Positions 24,604 to 37,199 of a DNA stretch of 64,000 nt are shown piece after piece (positions within the stretch are counted from its first letter, which is position 1; each line of letters opens with the position of its first letter). The DNA comes from Dicyema japonicum. Lineage: Eukaryota > Animalia > Dicyemida. Under the pieces are notes generated by a model. That model saw nothing but the letters and a program-made list of their open reading frames with translations, had not been told where the DNA came from and did not search any database. The translations under genes were made by a program, and so were the position numbers. The stretch lies in the NCBI GenBank assembly GCA_011109175.1, contig RDEW01000003.1:1556774-1620773 (forward strand). Direction: 5' to 3'.

Positions 24604-26204
24604 ATGAGGAATGTCTTTTGCCTAGTGAATCATTCATCTTCTATGAATATTTTAGGAAATAATTTCAATTCAACGTATTTACGAAATGGATTACATACCA
24701 TCATTAATGGAGAGAAAATTAATATGAAAAACAAAGATATTAAAGGCTATTTGAAGAAAAAGAGTTCTATTTTCTACAAAATTCGAAAATTTTTCAGACT
24801 CCATGGTAGTTTGTTGTATAATTAGATTTTGTTGAAATTGAATTACCTGTATTACGCTCAAAATCTTCCATTAATGTACTTTAAAAATTATACCTAAGAG
24901 ACCAATGATCGTTAAAAATAATAAAAATTTCTATATTTTATCGGGTGATCGTCATTTGGTTGGTGATGGTAGTTTTATAATTAGTTTACCAATACTCTCA
25001 TCTCTAGTGGATTTGATAGATACTACCACGTTGTTCGTGATATAGTAAATGACCCAAGAACAATTAATAGTCACATAGAGAGAACGCGTGTTGAATTTGA
25101 AATGAGAACCAATTCATTGGATGATTTGATTGAAATGTCAAAAAAATTATTGGAAACAATTTGTCACCCAAGGAATGTTAACTTTATCGTTGGTTCATAT
25201 GACGAATTCCTAAATACACATTTCGATCCAGCACCTTGTTTTTTTGTCAATGATTTAAAGGTAGAGTTTAGATTAACGTAGATCTTCGACGTTACTAGTA
25301 TTTTGTTAATTAATAATTTCTTTTGTAACTTTGATGGTGAACGTGAGAACATTACAACATTTGCACTTAAAATTCCCGCCAAATATGTATTTTTTGGTTT
25401 GAATAAAAGAATCTGTCAACTGAAATAATAAAAGATATTCAAATAAAAATAAAATATAAATATTCATTTTTTGTATTTTTCATTATTTAATATAGGTCTT
25501 TTATTTTAATTGTAAAAATAATCAAAATGGGGAACTTAAGATGACTGATGAACAATATTTAAAATTCAAGAATGGTGCAGACGATGTACTAATCAATGTA
25601 ACGGAGATGGAAGATAATGATACATGTTTTCTTATTACAGGGAAATCTACATATTCGGTTGAGTTTATTCATAACATTTAGAAAATAATTTGTGGGTATC
25701 TTAGGAGATTGGTTGTTAATGAAATATACGAACAATATTTAAAGTGTGATAGTAAAGTTGCTAAAATTTATATTTTTAGATTTTAAATTTCACTATCACA
25801 TCATATGCCCTATTTTAAATATTCAGTATTTAAATATGTTATCTTAGAATTCAAATTATCCTGTGACAACTCATTACACCACAAAAATTGATGGAAAGAT
25901 TGATAAAAATGAAAATCATTTGATAGAAAATGTTACAGTTATTATAAATTTATAGATGAAGGGGAGTCATTTTATGATTTCTCTGAATGGATCACAAGTA
26001 GGTTGGGGGGCACTTCGAGAAACAGATAAATCAGTAATTGACTATTTATTAGGACTGTCAAAAGATAAAAATTTAAATGAAATAGAATATTATAACTGCC
26101 AACCTCATGGTGGATTTACTTTATTTGCTGATCAACTAGTGAATGCTCTTGCAACCAGAAAAACAAAATCCTCATTTCATCTCTTGATATTTGAATATAT
26201 TTGA
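24604..26204 (+). CDS. DARS2: Highly divergent mitochondrial aspartyl-tRNA synthetase homolog (motif 1, motif 2 region, GAD insert, motif 3 region), ~11 tiny introns, catalytic residues lost; 3' end uncertain (may extend to ~26354)
   Basis: Spliced LHDFVEIELPVL; NFYILSGDRHL|FTNTLISSGFDRYYHVVR; LKIFDVTSIL; FALKIPAKY; MEDNDTCFLITG..GYLR; HFMISLNGSQVGWGALR; YNCQPHGGFTLFADQL are colinear with human [108 protein letters not shown] (reference recalled). Confidence 0.8.
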
Positions 26205-26363
26205 CAACGTTTCAATAAAACTTTTTTAATGCATTTTTTTAGTTGAAGAAAACAAGTAAAGTCTTTTAGTAAAGAGGTTAAATTACAGTTACCAGGAAAA
26301 ATTGAATATGCTTGGCCTTTTTATAAAAGTAAATTTGATTATGCAAGTACATAAGGCGAAAAC

Positions 26364-26645
26364 GAATGCCGGACAAAAGTTCTGATGATTCTCTAGTTCT
26401 AATCTAGCTGCTGTGCTTTTCGGCTGAAGTTTCCGCGCATCTATGATGCTTTGGGTTGACGAGTGACGCCGTCATCAGTGAACATTTCAACGGAACTGGA
26501 TCGTCTATAAAGACCTCACACCTAACAAAAAAAAATAAGTGAAGAGCATTCCTTGGTTATTATCATAACTGTTTTTTAATAAAATGTGTGTCCCGCCTGG
26601 AAGGAACTATAGGTCTATGGATCTTTTTAAAGTGCAGTATTTTTT
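26364..26645 (+). mobile_element. SINE family B copy with 14-bp target-site duplication
   Basis: CATAAGGCGAAAAC at 26350-26363 and 26646-26659 flanks the family B core. Confidence 0.9.
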
Positions 26646-26877
26646 CATAAGGCGAAAACTATTTCATATCAACTTTTTTCATTTGTTTTGAATTTTTATT
26701 AAACGTGTTTAAGTGAGCAATTATATACTGATAATTTAGCATAACAACGATAAATATGCTGTTCCTCCATGTGGTTTTTGATTATCGATAACGCACCTCA
26801 GTTCAAAAATAGTCTATGTCAGAAATTCCAAGTTTCTTCTGAATGTCAAATGCCTGGACTTCTCGAAGGTGTTCGGA

Positions 26878-26934
26878 TACTGGTGCAGTATAGTACTCCT
26901 ATAATTACCTAGGGGAAACTATACTGCACCAGTA
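26878..26934. repeat. 57-bp hairpin: perfect 17-bp inverted repeat
   Basis: TACTGGTGCAGTATAGT (26878-26894) / ACTATACTGCACCAGTA (26918-26934). Confidence 0.9.
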
Positions 26935-27699
26935 GCGGCGTCAACATGTAAGTCATGAAGTTTTACTCTCCTAATTATCCCAGATAGGGGTCTCGTTAGA
27001 GTTTGATTAAAAATCCCTGTATGGGAGGAACGTTGTTGTGAGACATGGACGCTACTTTAACCCAGTAGAGTTGTAGAGGGGAGTCTCGCAAGGATATATT
27101 CTCAGCTCTCTACTATTCAACATTCTCATGTAAAGTTTTTTTCTAAATACCCAGGTACAAGACTATTATTATATGTCGTCGATGTTCTTATATTCGATAT
27201 GTTAAAATAAAGTTGCTCACGGAAAAAAAAACTATACATGAAAGAAATCAGGAGTTGGTGAGGAAGGCTCAAACTCTTCGACGAAAAAAACAAATGCCAT
27301 GCAAGACCTCCAGTATACCCTCTTTACATTTTATGGTATTAAGCTCCTGTGGGTAAGAGACACTAGGCATCACCGTCGACGATGGTCATACTCAGGCGCT
27401 GTGAAAACTATTTCTGTGCGCGAGGGTCTCTCTTAATCAGCTGCAATCAGCTTTCCGATTTCGTTTGACAACTCCTTTACTAATTTTCCAAATCGACCCA
27501 GAGGTTTCGATGACGATTGAAAAGAAATGGAAACGATCTCCAAAAAACCGAATACTTTTTTAGTTTTCAAACGTTCGCCAGAGTCGGAATTTTGGTCAAT
27601 AAAATACGTGAAACAGTGAATGAGTCGATGGACGTCACATCTCAGATGAGAGATCTTCCACTGAAAAATAGAAAATAGTCATTTTATGAAATCTCTTCA

Positions 27700-29460
27700 C
27701 GTTATATCCTCAACTCCAGATCACGTTTACGGATCTTATTTAGGGGAGGGGATATTTTGAAAACTTCCCAGCGCTCCATCTGCAGGAAAGAGGATAAATC
27801 CCTTTCCAATCAACCTTCATTCCACAATGACGCGTATGAGGTTTGCAGACGCAAACAAAAAATTCTATCCTTCGAGAATGGTAAGCTTTTGACCCCACAT
27901 CTATGTCCTCAATCACCTCGAACAGAGACGCAGTGATAATTGAAGTTACGATTTTTGATACAGTTGATCTTCATATACATTGAAATCGAGTCCATCACAC
28001 AGATCTCTCATAAATATATAGCAGAAGACTCAAGATTGAGCCTTGTGGCACTCCCCTCTTCATAACAATCTCTTCAGAAATAAATCCTTCACATATGACA
28101 AATGATCTTCTCCCTGTCAGAAGATTTCTTAAACAATCAAGTAAAAGTTTTGAGATTTCAGCTGCGACTACCTGACAAAACAGTGCATCATGCCAGACAT
28201 TATCGAATGCCTTCGATATACGACACTTAGCTGATATTTGAAGTTCCTGGCTTTTCAATCTCAGAGTTTAAGATGAAAAAAACAATCTTCACATGATCTC
28301 CCTGGACGAATGCCCCATTGTTCCTTGTTGAGAAAATTCCGTGATTCGATATGGCGTGTAATTATTTTATAAATCACCCTCTCCGTAAATTTTGAAATTG
28401 TTTATTAGACAATAGCCCAAGAAATCCATCCTCGATTTTCCTGGTTTTGGGATCATCCGAATAATGGAATCCTTCCAAGCTTGAGGTACATATCCCATAT
28501 TGAGACTTGCTCCAAATAGGTAACAGAAAACCTCGAAAAGGCAATCCGGACCCTCCTTGAATAATTTAAGGCGTATCCCGTCCATTCCAGGAGCTTTATC
28601 TCGGCACTCCATAATAGTTTGTTTAACCTCTTTAATAATTATCTCCATGCGCCATGTCCCAAAATGTTCTTTTAGAATTTTCATACTTGAAAGAGATCAA
28701 GCAAACTCAGAAAGAGATTCTTCGGGCACTAGATCCTTTGGATCAATCCTTGAATACTCTCGAGAAGCTCCCGAAAGCCATTAAAAACATCCGTCTCGGT
28801 GACAACAGTGCCATGGATCTCTTCAAATTATTAACATCTGATCCAGGAGTTACAAGCCTCCGATAAGACTACCAGAATGTTGGGTTATTGGGGTCCAACC
28901 TCCTGCTTCAGTGCATCCATTTCTTATTGACTTTTTTTTAAATAAAAATCTTTTGAGTAACTCGTATTCTTCTCTATAAATTCTTGGTCCAATAATCCAG
29001 ATACCGTCTTAACTTTGTCCGAAGCGATTTAGTTTAAATTTCAGTTTGATTGGTCAGGGACAGCAACTTAGGAGAAAACAGGTTTCGCAAACAATGTAAA
29101 TACTCTTCCATAGCACTCACAATGTTTGCGCTAACATAGTCCACTTCACCGGGCAACAACATAAAGTCGATAAAAAAGTAGTTTATCCGTCATGAAAGTC
29201 CTGTAATGACTCCATATGACATTATTAGTATCAAATTTCATAAAACCCAGAAATACATGGCCGACTTTAAATTAACACATAACTTTAAATTTTTGAAAAA
29301 TATCAGCCTCGTTTGGGTTCGATGAATCCATTGTGAACTGTGAATATCAGTAGAAATAGAGGGTAACGAGGACTCCACAAGGTAAAACCTAGAATTGAAG
29401 CTTGATGACGGACGAGAGAGTTTAACGACGCCTGGGGTATTCCGAGAACCAAAGGAAAGA
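27700..29460 (-). mobile_element. Decayed APE-RT LINE (Jockey/CR1-like)
   Basis: DKAPGMDGI, YVPQAWKDSIIRMIPKPGK, ISKAFDNVWHD, GVPQGSILS; APE remnants upstream. Confidence 0.8.
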
Positions 29461-30029
29461 GCAGTTTTTGCCAATAAATTCAAATTAGGTATGCTAAATC
29501 AATAATCCTACAGAGAGATAGGAAATGTTTATTGATGGCTTTGTACAGATTACCAGAATTGTCCTTCTTAATTTATCGATCCCCTTTTTTACCAATTGAC
29601 CGTGCGGGATTGATCCCCACGTTAAAAGAAGTCGGAAAATCATTTATTTAAAATGAAGTATTAGGGGCTAAAATCTGGATTGGGGACTGGTTCCTAACTT
29701 AAAAGACGTCAAAAACTTTATGAAATGAGGTACAATGATATTATCATCACTGTCAGGGATAAAGACTACCAATCAACCGTTGGGGTCATACAAGAAATGC
29801 CGGCTTCGACCTCTCCATTGTCGTCTGGGATCACTTAGTAAGATAGGGCATTCTTTAACCCAGTGGTGCTGGGCAATGATAATGACATTTTGGGATCAAA
29901 TTAGGGTTTTAAACTTGTTTCCCATAAGAAATCATTATCTGAGTTCTAATCTTATCCGTGAAAAATTATAATAGAAATTGTAAATTGTGTCAAAATAATT
30001 ATAGGATTTAAAAAAGAGCGAGTGTATAT

Positions 30030-30170
30030 GCCGAGCCAGTTATAGCATTGTAATTTGTTCCGGACCAAAATCAGGAGGTCCCAGGTTTGATTCTCGCTGT
30101 TGTCTATTCAGGATGAAAGTTGACGAGAAACGCCGTCATCAGTGTTTCCAGGAGTCTATTGTTTAAGCGA
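30030..30170 (+). mobile_element. Divergent SINE family B-related fragment
   Basis: B-box-like GGTTTGATTCTC followed by gttgacgagaaacgccgtcatcagtg. Confidence 0.55.
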
Positions 30171-30243
30171 ATGCACATAAATTTGTAATAGGAAGCTGCT
30201 GTTACTACTAATATGTTTATAAATTAAAATCATTTTTATTGAG

Positions 30244-30930
30244 TCATAAATTGAATTTACATTTTTTTCTTGATGACTGTACACAATTTTTATTTTCCTG
30301 TTTAATCGTAAACTGGATTATCTTAGATTCTTTATTTTCTTCATTGTAATAAAGCTGAATAGAAATATCAAATAGCGTTTTAATATTTTTTTGAGTCAAG
30401 GCAGAGCATTCGACATATGCCTTTGCTCCAATTTTTTTAGCCAATTTTCTCCCCTCTTTTTCTTTAATTATTTTGGATTTCATTTGTACATCTGATATTA
30501 AATCACATTGAGTGCCAACGAGAACAATTGATTTTTTATCTGAATTGGGCAGTTGGTTAATCCAAAAGGACGTAATCCTTTCAAAACTTAATCGATCAAT
30601 TAAACTGAAACACAAAAGTATAACATTTGAAGAGTCCACAATGTTAGAACTCACACGATAATTTTCAAACTAAAAATTTACAATTTATTTTTACATTGCC
30701 AGAAGTATCATATATATTCAACGTCATTGGGTTTCCTCTATAATCAACTGACACTAGAGAGTCAGAGTTAACAATACTTGAATAGCTTTTTGAGTTGTTG
30801 GGGTATAATCTTGCGAAAAAGTGTTTTTTGCATAACTTAGTAAAAGACAAGATTTTCCAATATTACAATCACCAACAATAACAATTTTTATTTGATTAAT
30901 TTTTTTTATTACACAGGAATTGTAATCCAT
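30244..30930 (-). CDS. Atypical Rho-family GTPase (2 tiny introns)
   Basis: MDYNSCVIKKINQIKIVIVGDCNIGKSCLL..YTPTTQKSY|..IYDTSGN|FENYR..VILLCFSL..LVGTQCDL..YVECSALTQKNIK..KKCKFNL*. Confidence 0.9.
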
Positions 30931-31405
30931 AACTAGAATGGTAGCGATGCGTATCTAAGCAACAAAATTAACTAGGAGTACAACTGCCTAACCAGAATAT
31001 CTTAAGGCGACAATTTACTTTTAATATCTATTATGTATTGTTTTTCTTTCGCTCGATAAATAAAACAATAAACCGCATTCATCGAATTTCAACAATGACG
31101 ACACATCATTGAATTTTTAATCAATAAACTCTTATCGTTAAAACAATATAATTTCATGAATTTTCCGAACAATTCGAAACTACCTTTTTCATCCTTGTCC
31201 AGTGATAGTCCACAGGGGATACACTCCCAGCTCTCTGCTCTGAGGTCGAGGATTATCATGAGAGGCAACTCACATTGTGTGTTCAATGCCTGCAGGCCAT
31301 AATGGATACCTTGTCATAACAACTAAATCGACCGTTAATAAAATTGTTCTATTTATTATTTATTATTTAAGCCAAAGAAACACCGTCTTAACCAATAACT
31401 AATAT

Positions 31406-32460
31406 TCAGGTGATCCCGGCATCTCTCAATAATCGGGCCATTTTTTCTCGATGCTCCGACTGTGATCCCACGCATTTTCTATACGGACGGGGGTCTTTTT
31501 CCTTTTCTCTTCTGAAATTGCCTCCAGTTGCCTCTATGATAGACTCGAGTGTTCTGGGGGCAATTTCTTTATCTGTATATTTTTCTAGTAACTTTTTTGC
31601 TCTTGACTGGATATCTTGAATTTTTGTTAGGTTCGTTGCCGACAGGTTAGATCCCCATGCAGTACATGCATAGCCTATTGTTGGCTCGATATACTGCTTG
31701 TAGAGGGTCCCGATACCTGGCGGATAAATTTCCTCCACAGTTCCAAAGGAAGGCTTTTACAAAATTGATCTTCTTCACACAGGTTGATATGATGGATTCC
31801 ACATGGGCTGAGAAGCAAAGGAAAGTATCAAAAGTTACTCCAGTATCTTCTGCGATTTCTTTCGTGCTATAGGTACTCAATTTAACGTGACATCAATTGT
31901 TTGCGTTCCCATCTTTCTATTCTTAGTAAATAGAGTGATTGCTGACTTTTCGGAACATGCATTTAATCGATTCTTGCACAACCATTTATATATGTTATTT
32001 AGTATTCCTTGTAGTCTTTCTTTAGCATGTTCGACATTTTTGTCCCTAGATGCGACAACTATGTCATCGGCATAGGAAAGTAGCATGTCATTATTATTTA
32101 TAGGTACGGGAGATCACTCAAAAACAAATTAAAAAGGATTGGTGACAGAGGAGATCCTTGGGGTACACCATTGGGTAATAATCCCGATCTGGAACTCTTG
32201 TTTCCGACGGATACTTTCCCTCGGCGTCCACTTACGAAATTTGCTAACCATAACTTTAATGGTGCATCAATTTTTGTCAAAAATATTTTTCGTATGAGGA
32301 TCTTCCTTGGGACAGAGTCGAAAGCTTTTTGAATATCGATCGTACATATGACCGATTTTTCCTGTTTTGGCTTGTTCTTGTGTCCTTCAGTTATGAACTT
32401 CATTAATGTTGTTAGGAAGGAGGTTGTTGATAATCCTTCCTTGAAGCCATGTTGTAATTA
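31406..32460 (-). mobile_element. 'GIT-stop' LINE, 5'-truncated (RT and C-term)
   Basis: IDIQKAFDSV, GVPQGSPLSPILFNLFL, SYADD, LYKQYIEP, terminus RDAGIT*. Confidence 0.9.
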
Positions 32461-32639
32461 AAAAATTAAAATTAACCTGTTAAATAAAAATTTTTAAAAT
32501 GATATTTTAAAGTGAGAAAATATGAGATATTTTCGATGATTATTTAACTAAATAATCTATTTATTGCCTATTAATTATCTGAACATTGCTGCGTGGTGCC
32601 AACGTTAGTGTTGTGCTATGTGGCTACTTGTTGAAGAAT

Positions 32640-32915
32640 TTTGTTTGTTTCGTCTGTTCCTCCTTTCTTCTTTTCAACTAGAGTGGTGTCATGTGATCCA
32701 CTGTCTTAGGTGCCGCCCAGTGCCAGGTTGACATGAAAAGGGATCATTTGCTCTCCAACACATCACTGGAGGGTTTCCACAACTTCGAGGAATGGACGTC
32801 TTTTACCTTTGATGCTGGTTCTGGATGGACTTGACGTGAAGGATTTTGTTTCTTGGACAGTGGAAACTGGATACAGTTAATTAGTGGGAACTGAATACAC
32901 ACGGAAGTCACCAGG
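32640..32915. repeat. Structured repeat family C (probable RTE 5' UTR; pseudoknot-forming), copy 1
   Basis: Aligns with 44345-44605 and 54935-55225. Confidence 0.85.
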
Positions 32916-33329
32916 GCTATAGTAAAACTGAAAAATGGTCGTTCCCCCGGACTTCATCTAAAGAAATAGATAAGTTCTCAGTTATTTAAAATGGCTTCTG
33001 AAATTAGAAATGGTACCTAACGATGAATGTTTCCAAAATGAAAGTAGTGGATATCAGAAAAATAGAAAGAAGACCGGATGAGCCACGGAAGACCAATTAG
33101 CTTGGGTCCTTACTTAGAGACAGTGAAGTCGCCCTTGCTAAAGCTGCAATAAATAATGTTAGAAAGAACTGGATTGACAGAAAACGAAGTATATCATTAA
33201 TTCGTCAATGTGGGCGATGTCCATGGCTGAAACACTTGGAAATGACTCGTTTCATCAAAGGCAACTCAAAAAATTACATTATTATTATTATTAAAAAGCA
33301 CTACCGAGAAAACATAAATTAGTTAAGTT

Positions 33330-34260
33330 TCCCTTGTGCCTTATTCCTAATCATCCTCACCGTCAATCTCTACCATGATCCTCTGTTGCGAGCTAGTTCT
33401 CTTAGGTAGTCCAGGTCGTCCGCCGAAGTTAGTCTCATACCAACCGCCGATCGGTTTTCGTTCAAGATAGTCGGAAGTATTGTTCTTTGCTTTCCGCGGA
33501 ATCCGGTAGTTGTCCATTGCGATATTTGCGAGGACCTGGTCATTCAGACGTAACACGTGGCCAAAGAGGCTCCATCTTGATTTGAAAATATCATCTGACA
33601 GCACATCGAATTTGAATTTATTATAAAGGTTTGCATTAGAGATCTTCATAGATAGACCAGTTGATCTTGATTACCGATTTGAGCTGAGCTCTGTGAAAAG
33701 AGCCAAGACGAGTAATCATTGCGTGTATTTCGTTTTGTTGGGATTTACGGATAAGTACCATTTCGAAAATATGTGTGGGAGAACGCTGAGCATGTGCTGA
33801 AATGTTTGAGTATCCTCAGATACAAAATCCAGATCGTCTACAAAATTATTTCGTCAGTTTTTTTCCAATGAGGGCTTTGAACTCTCTAATTGCAGCTTAA
33901 AGGTAAACAACGAAGAGGACCGGGGATAGCGAGTCACCCTGTGGAACTCCACGTAAAGTTGGAAAAAAGTTGGAGGTGCATTTTCCAAATTTGACAGAAA
34001 AATTAACAAGTTCCATATAATGTTTGCTCCATTGATCCTTTGAGTCTCGAGATCGCTGATTTGAGATGGAGGCTCTTCAAATATATTGTGAATGGAAAGG
34101 GATATCTTCGCTACAATTGCGATGGAGGAGTACTTCTTGAAACTAGGCCATGTTTCTGTGGACACCCAAGAGTCACACTTCCTGAATACTTGCTCTAAAG
34201 TGGTGATGGAAAGCGCCCCGATGGAATCACTGTCTTCTACTTCTCTCGGGATGGGGCATG
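33330..34260 (-). mobile_element. RTE-like LINE remnant (RT to 3' end)
   Basis: FVDDLDFVSED, RWSLFGHVLRL; same family as 44640-45590. Confidence 0.75.
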
Positions 34261-34269
34261 CACAGATAC

Positions 34270-34500
34270 CTTTTCTAGTGAAGATTTTCAGACTCCACGT
34301 TGAAAGTTGGGGAGGCAGCACAAGTATTCGAGAACTCCAAAATAAGAAATACCACAGCCTCTTTTCCACGTACAGCTCGTTGTCGTCAAGACAAGTGAAG
34401 TCTTCGGGCTCAAGACGGTCTCTTTTCTAAGATCAAAAAAACTGAGTGGCTGTTTCAATAAATTTATCTGGCAGTTGTCAAGAGAAACAGGCACTCAATT
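34270..34500 (+). mobile_element. CRE-like 3' end fragment
   Basis: Shares caagacggtctcttttctaagatc with 59660; encodes the REL C-terminus. Confidence 0.65.
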
Positions 34501-34839
34501 CTTTATGCTCTATCATTTTGATTGTTTTGTAAAATTAAAATTTCTCATTTTCCCTTCAAAAATTTATTTTTAAATTGATTCAGCGAAGGTTCAGTCACTC
34601 GACCGATTTCAACGTTCAATCAAAAAAGTCACTGAAAAAGTTAAGACTGCTACTAAAAATATCCTGGCAAATTTTTCATAAACTCACAAATTTTCCAACA
34701 ACAGCTTTTTATTGAATCTTTTGTCTAATAAACTTTAAGAGCTAATTTTTATTACTATTTCACAGCTGTCACTTTAAAAATATTTGATTTTCTCATTTTA
34801 TCGACCGACTCTAGGATCAATGAGGTCACTAATGCTTAC

Positions 34840-37130
34840 TCAAACATAATTCTTTTTTCCATTAGTTGAACATTCAAGTTTGAGGACATTGGATATCGAT
34901 TTCCTTCTATCCAAAAGTGTAGAAAATTTATCTGGATACGAGGCAATCAAGATGGACCGTAAAAAGAGAAGAGGGGGTGGACTACTTACTCTATTCAAAA
35001 AGAATCTGAAATGCAGAGACATTACTTCGGAAGTGAGGGAACTTGTTGGAAATGACGAGGTTACTGAAGCAATTGGAATCTCGCTTGGGACAACGAAAGG
35101 AAGTATGTGCCTCGTGAATATCTACTTGCCTCCTCCCGGCTCCTGTTCAAGGACTATGTTATTCCAAACCTATCAAGATTGGCTATCTACGATGAGATAA
35201 TCATATGTGGAAATTTAAACGCAAAGCATCCATTATGGTTGTCAGGCCGACACGAGAGGGAAGCTATTGTTATTAAAATCGGACTCCCTAACGATACTGA
35301 ACGATCCAGCGAAAAATACAAGGAATCCACTCAGAGAGACGGATCAGCTTAACTCACCGGATGTAACACTCTGCTCATCGTCGCTTTCATCAAAAATTGA
35401 TTGGTCTACGAAACAAGAAGCGACCATGAAGTCATGAGAGAAGTCAGAATGAGGAGAACACCTGCTAGTTATAACTACAAAGCTGCTAATTGGGAATTGT
35501 ATTGCGCAATCTCTGATGATAGACTGAAGAATTGTTACTTGGACAGCTTCAAATCGCTAGAAAAAGCGATCAAATACTTTACTTGCACAATCCTAGAAGC
35601 AAAATCATTGGATATTCCCAAGCATCGTCTAAACTCCTCTAATGATCGAGGGAAGTCAGCATTGATCAAAGAAAGAAATCACCTTAAAAAATCTAATCGG
35701 ATCACATTAGAAACGAAACTCCGGATCAGAGCTCTAAACAACGAAATAAAGGCCAGAGAGTTCAAGGCCCAGAAATTGAAGTGGAATCGGATTCTTACAA
35801 AGGTAAATCGCAACCGTAGTACCGGAGAAGTGTGGAAAGCCATCCGAAATGTTGCAAAGGGAGAAGAAACTTCCCCGAGGATGACTATACTCAACGAGAC
35901 GTTAACAATTTGATAAAATTCTACACAAAAATTTCGTACAAAGAACACAGGAAGTCGAAAGTGCTTCTCTCTTCATGGAGAAAACTGAAGAAGAATTCTA
36001 ACCCAGTTTACTTCTCGGATGAAGACGTGAAGAATGCGCTGCGTTTTAAAAGAACAACGTACTCTGCCGGTCCCGACAACATTACAGTAGTGTTATTGAA
36101 GAACCTTGGAGATATGGAGTCGGTTTTCTAACGTCGGTGTATAACTATTCAATTAATTGTAATACCGTTGTTATGGAAGCAAGCCAACATCCAGACCTAT
36201 ACTGAAACCAGGAAAACTTAAGGAAGATCAGGCATCATTTAAACCTGTGTCATTATTATGGACGGAGGGGACGTGTTTGCCTCGGAGGACTGAAATCAGT
36301 CTCACGTCTTCTCCCAAACGGTGTCCCCAAGGATCTCCTTTATCCTCCGCTTTATTCAATTTATATCTGGCCGACCTCCCGACACCGGAATCCAATAACG
36401 ATGTTCTACTTTCATATGCGGACGACATTGTTTTGGCCTCGCGTGATCGGGGTATAAAAATGCTACAGAAAAATTACAAATTAACCTGGAACGAATCAAC
36501 GCCTGGGTAATGAAGAACCGACTCACGATAAATTCCAGAAAGTCGGTCACGTCTATGTTTACTTCGGACAAAAGGTTGGGGAAAATGACTGTCAAGTTAA
36601 AATTGGACAACATTGAAATCCCCTTCACCAAATGTCAGAAGATCCTGGGCGTGACACTGGATACGCATTTATATTTGTCACCACACGTGGCAAACATTGT
36701 TCTGAAGTGCGAGAAGAGGATCAATGTATTAAAATGTTCATCTGAAATATAGAGGCCGGTACCCACCCGGTCTTGATGAACATTTACAAGCAATACATTG
36801 AACCATGCTTCTCGTACGCGTGTGCTTCGTGGGGACCTTCATTATCATGGACTAACACTAATAAAATCGAGGACGTTCAAAAGAAGGTTTTCAGAATGAC
36901 GGAGCGGTGGACTTGTGGGAGACATAGAACCGGACCGACTACTCTGGAGGCCCTCATTAAACAAAACTCCGGCATGCGGGAAGGTGACCCTGCAAATTCA
37001 GTCAGCCCTGTACGAGCTTGTATGGGTACGAGGGAGGAGCACCGGGAAAGAAAGAGGATTTTGGCGGAGCGCATCGGGATCACGTGATAGTTAGTTTTGG
37101 TTTTACCGTGGTCTTGAATGTTAAATAAAT
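34840..37130 (+). mobile_element. Near-complete ORF2 (APE+RT) of 'GIT-stop' LINE with frameshifts/stops
   Basis: DRKKRRGGGL, NIYLPP, CGNLNAKHPLW, SAGPDNI, PQGSPLSSALFNLY, SYADD, KILGVTLD, terminus ERIGIT* at 37087. Confidence 0.92.
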
Positions 37131-37199
37131 AAAATGACACGAAAAACTTATTTTATTTTTAACCTGAAGACGTTTTGAAATACGTTATTCTAAATTATT

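Noticed and set aside
30112-30145. TTGACGA GAAAC GCC GTC as a hammerhead in SINE family B
   Set aside because: There is no stem II between the core and GAAA, other copies read GTGAC, and stem I is unconvincing.
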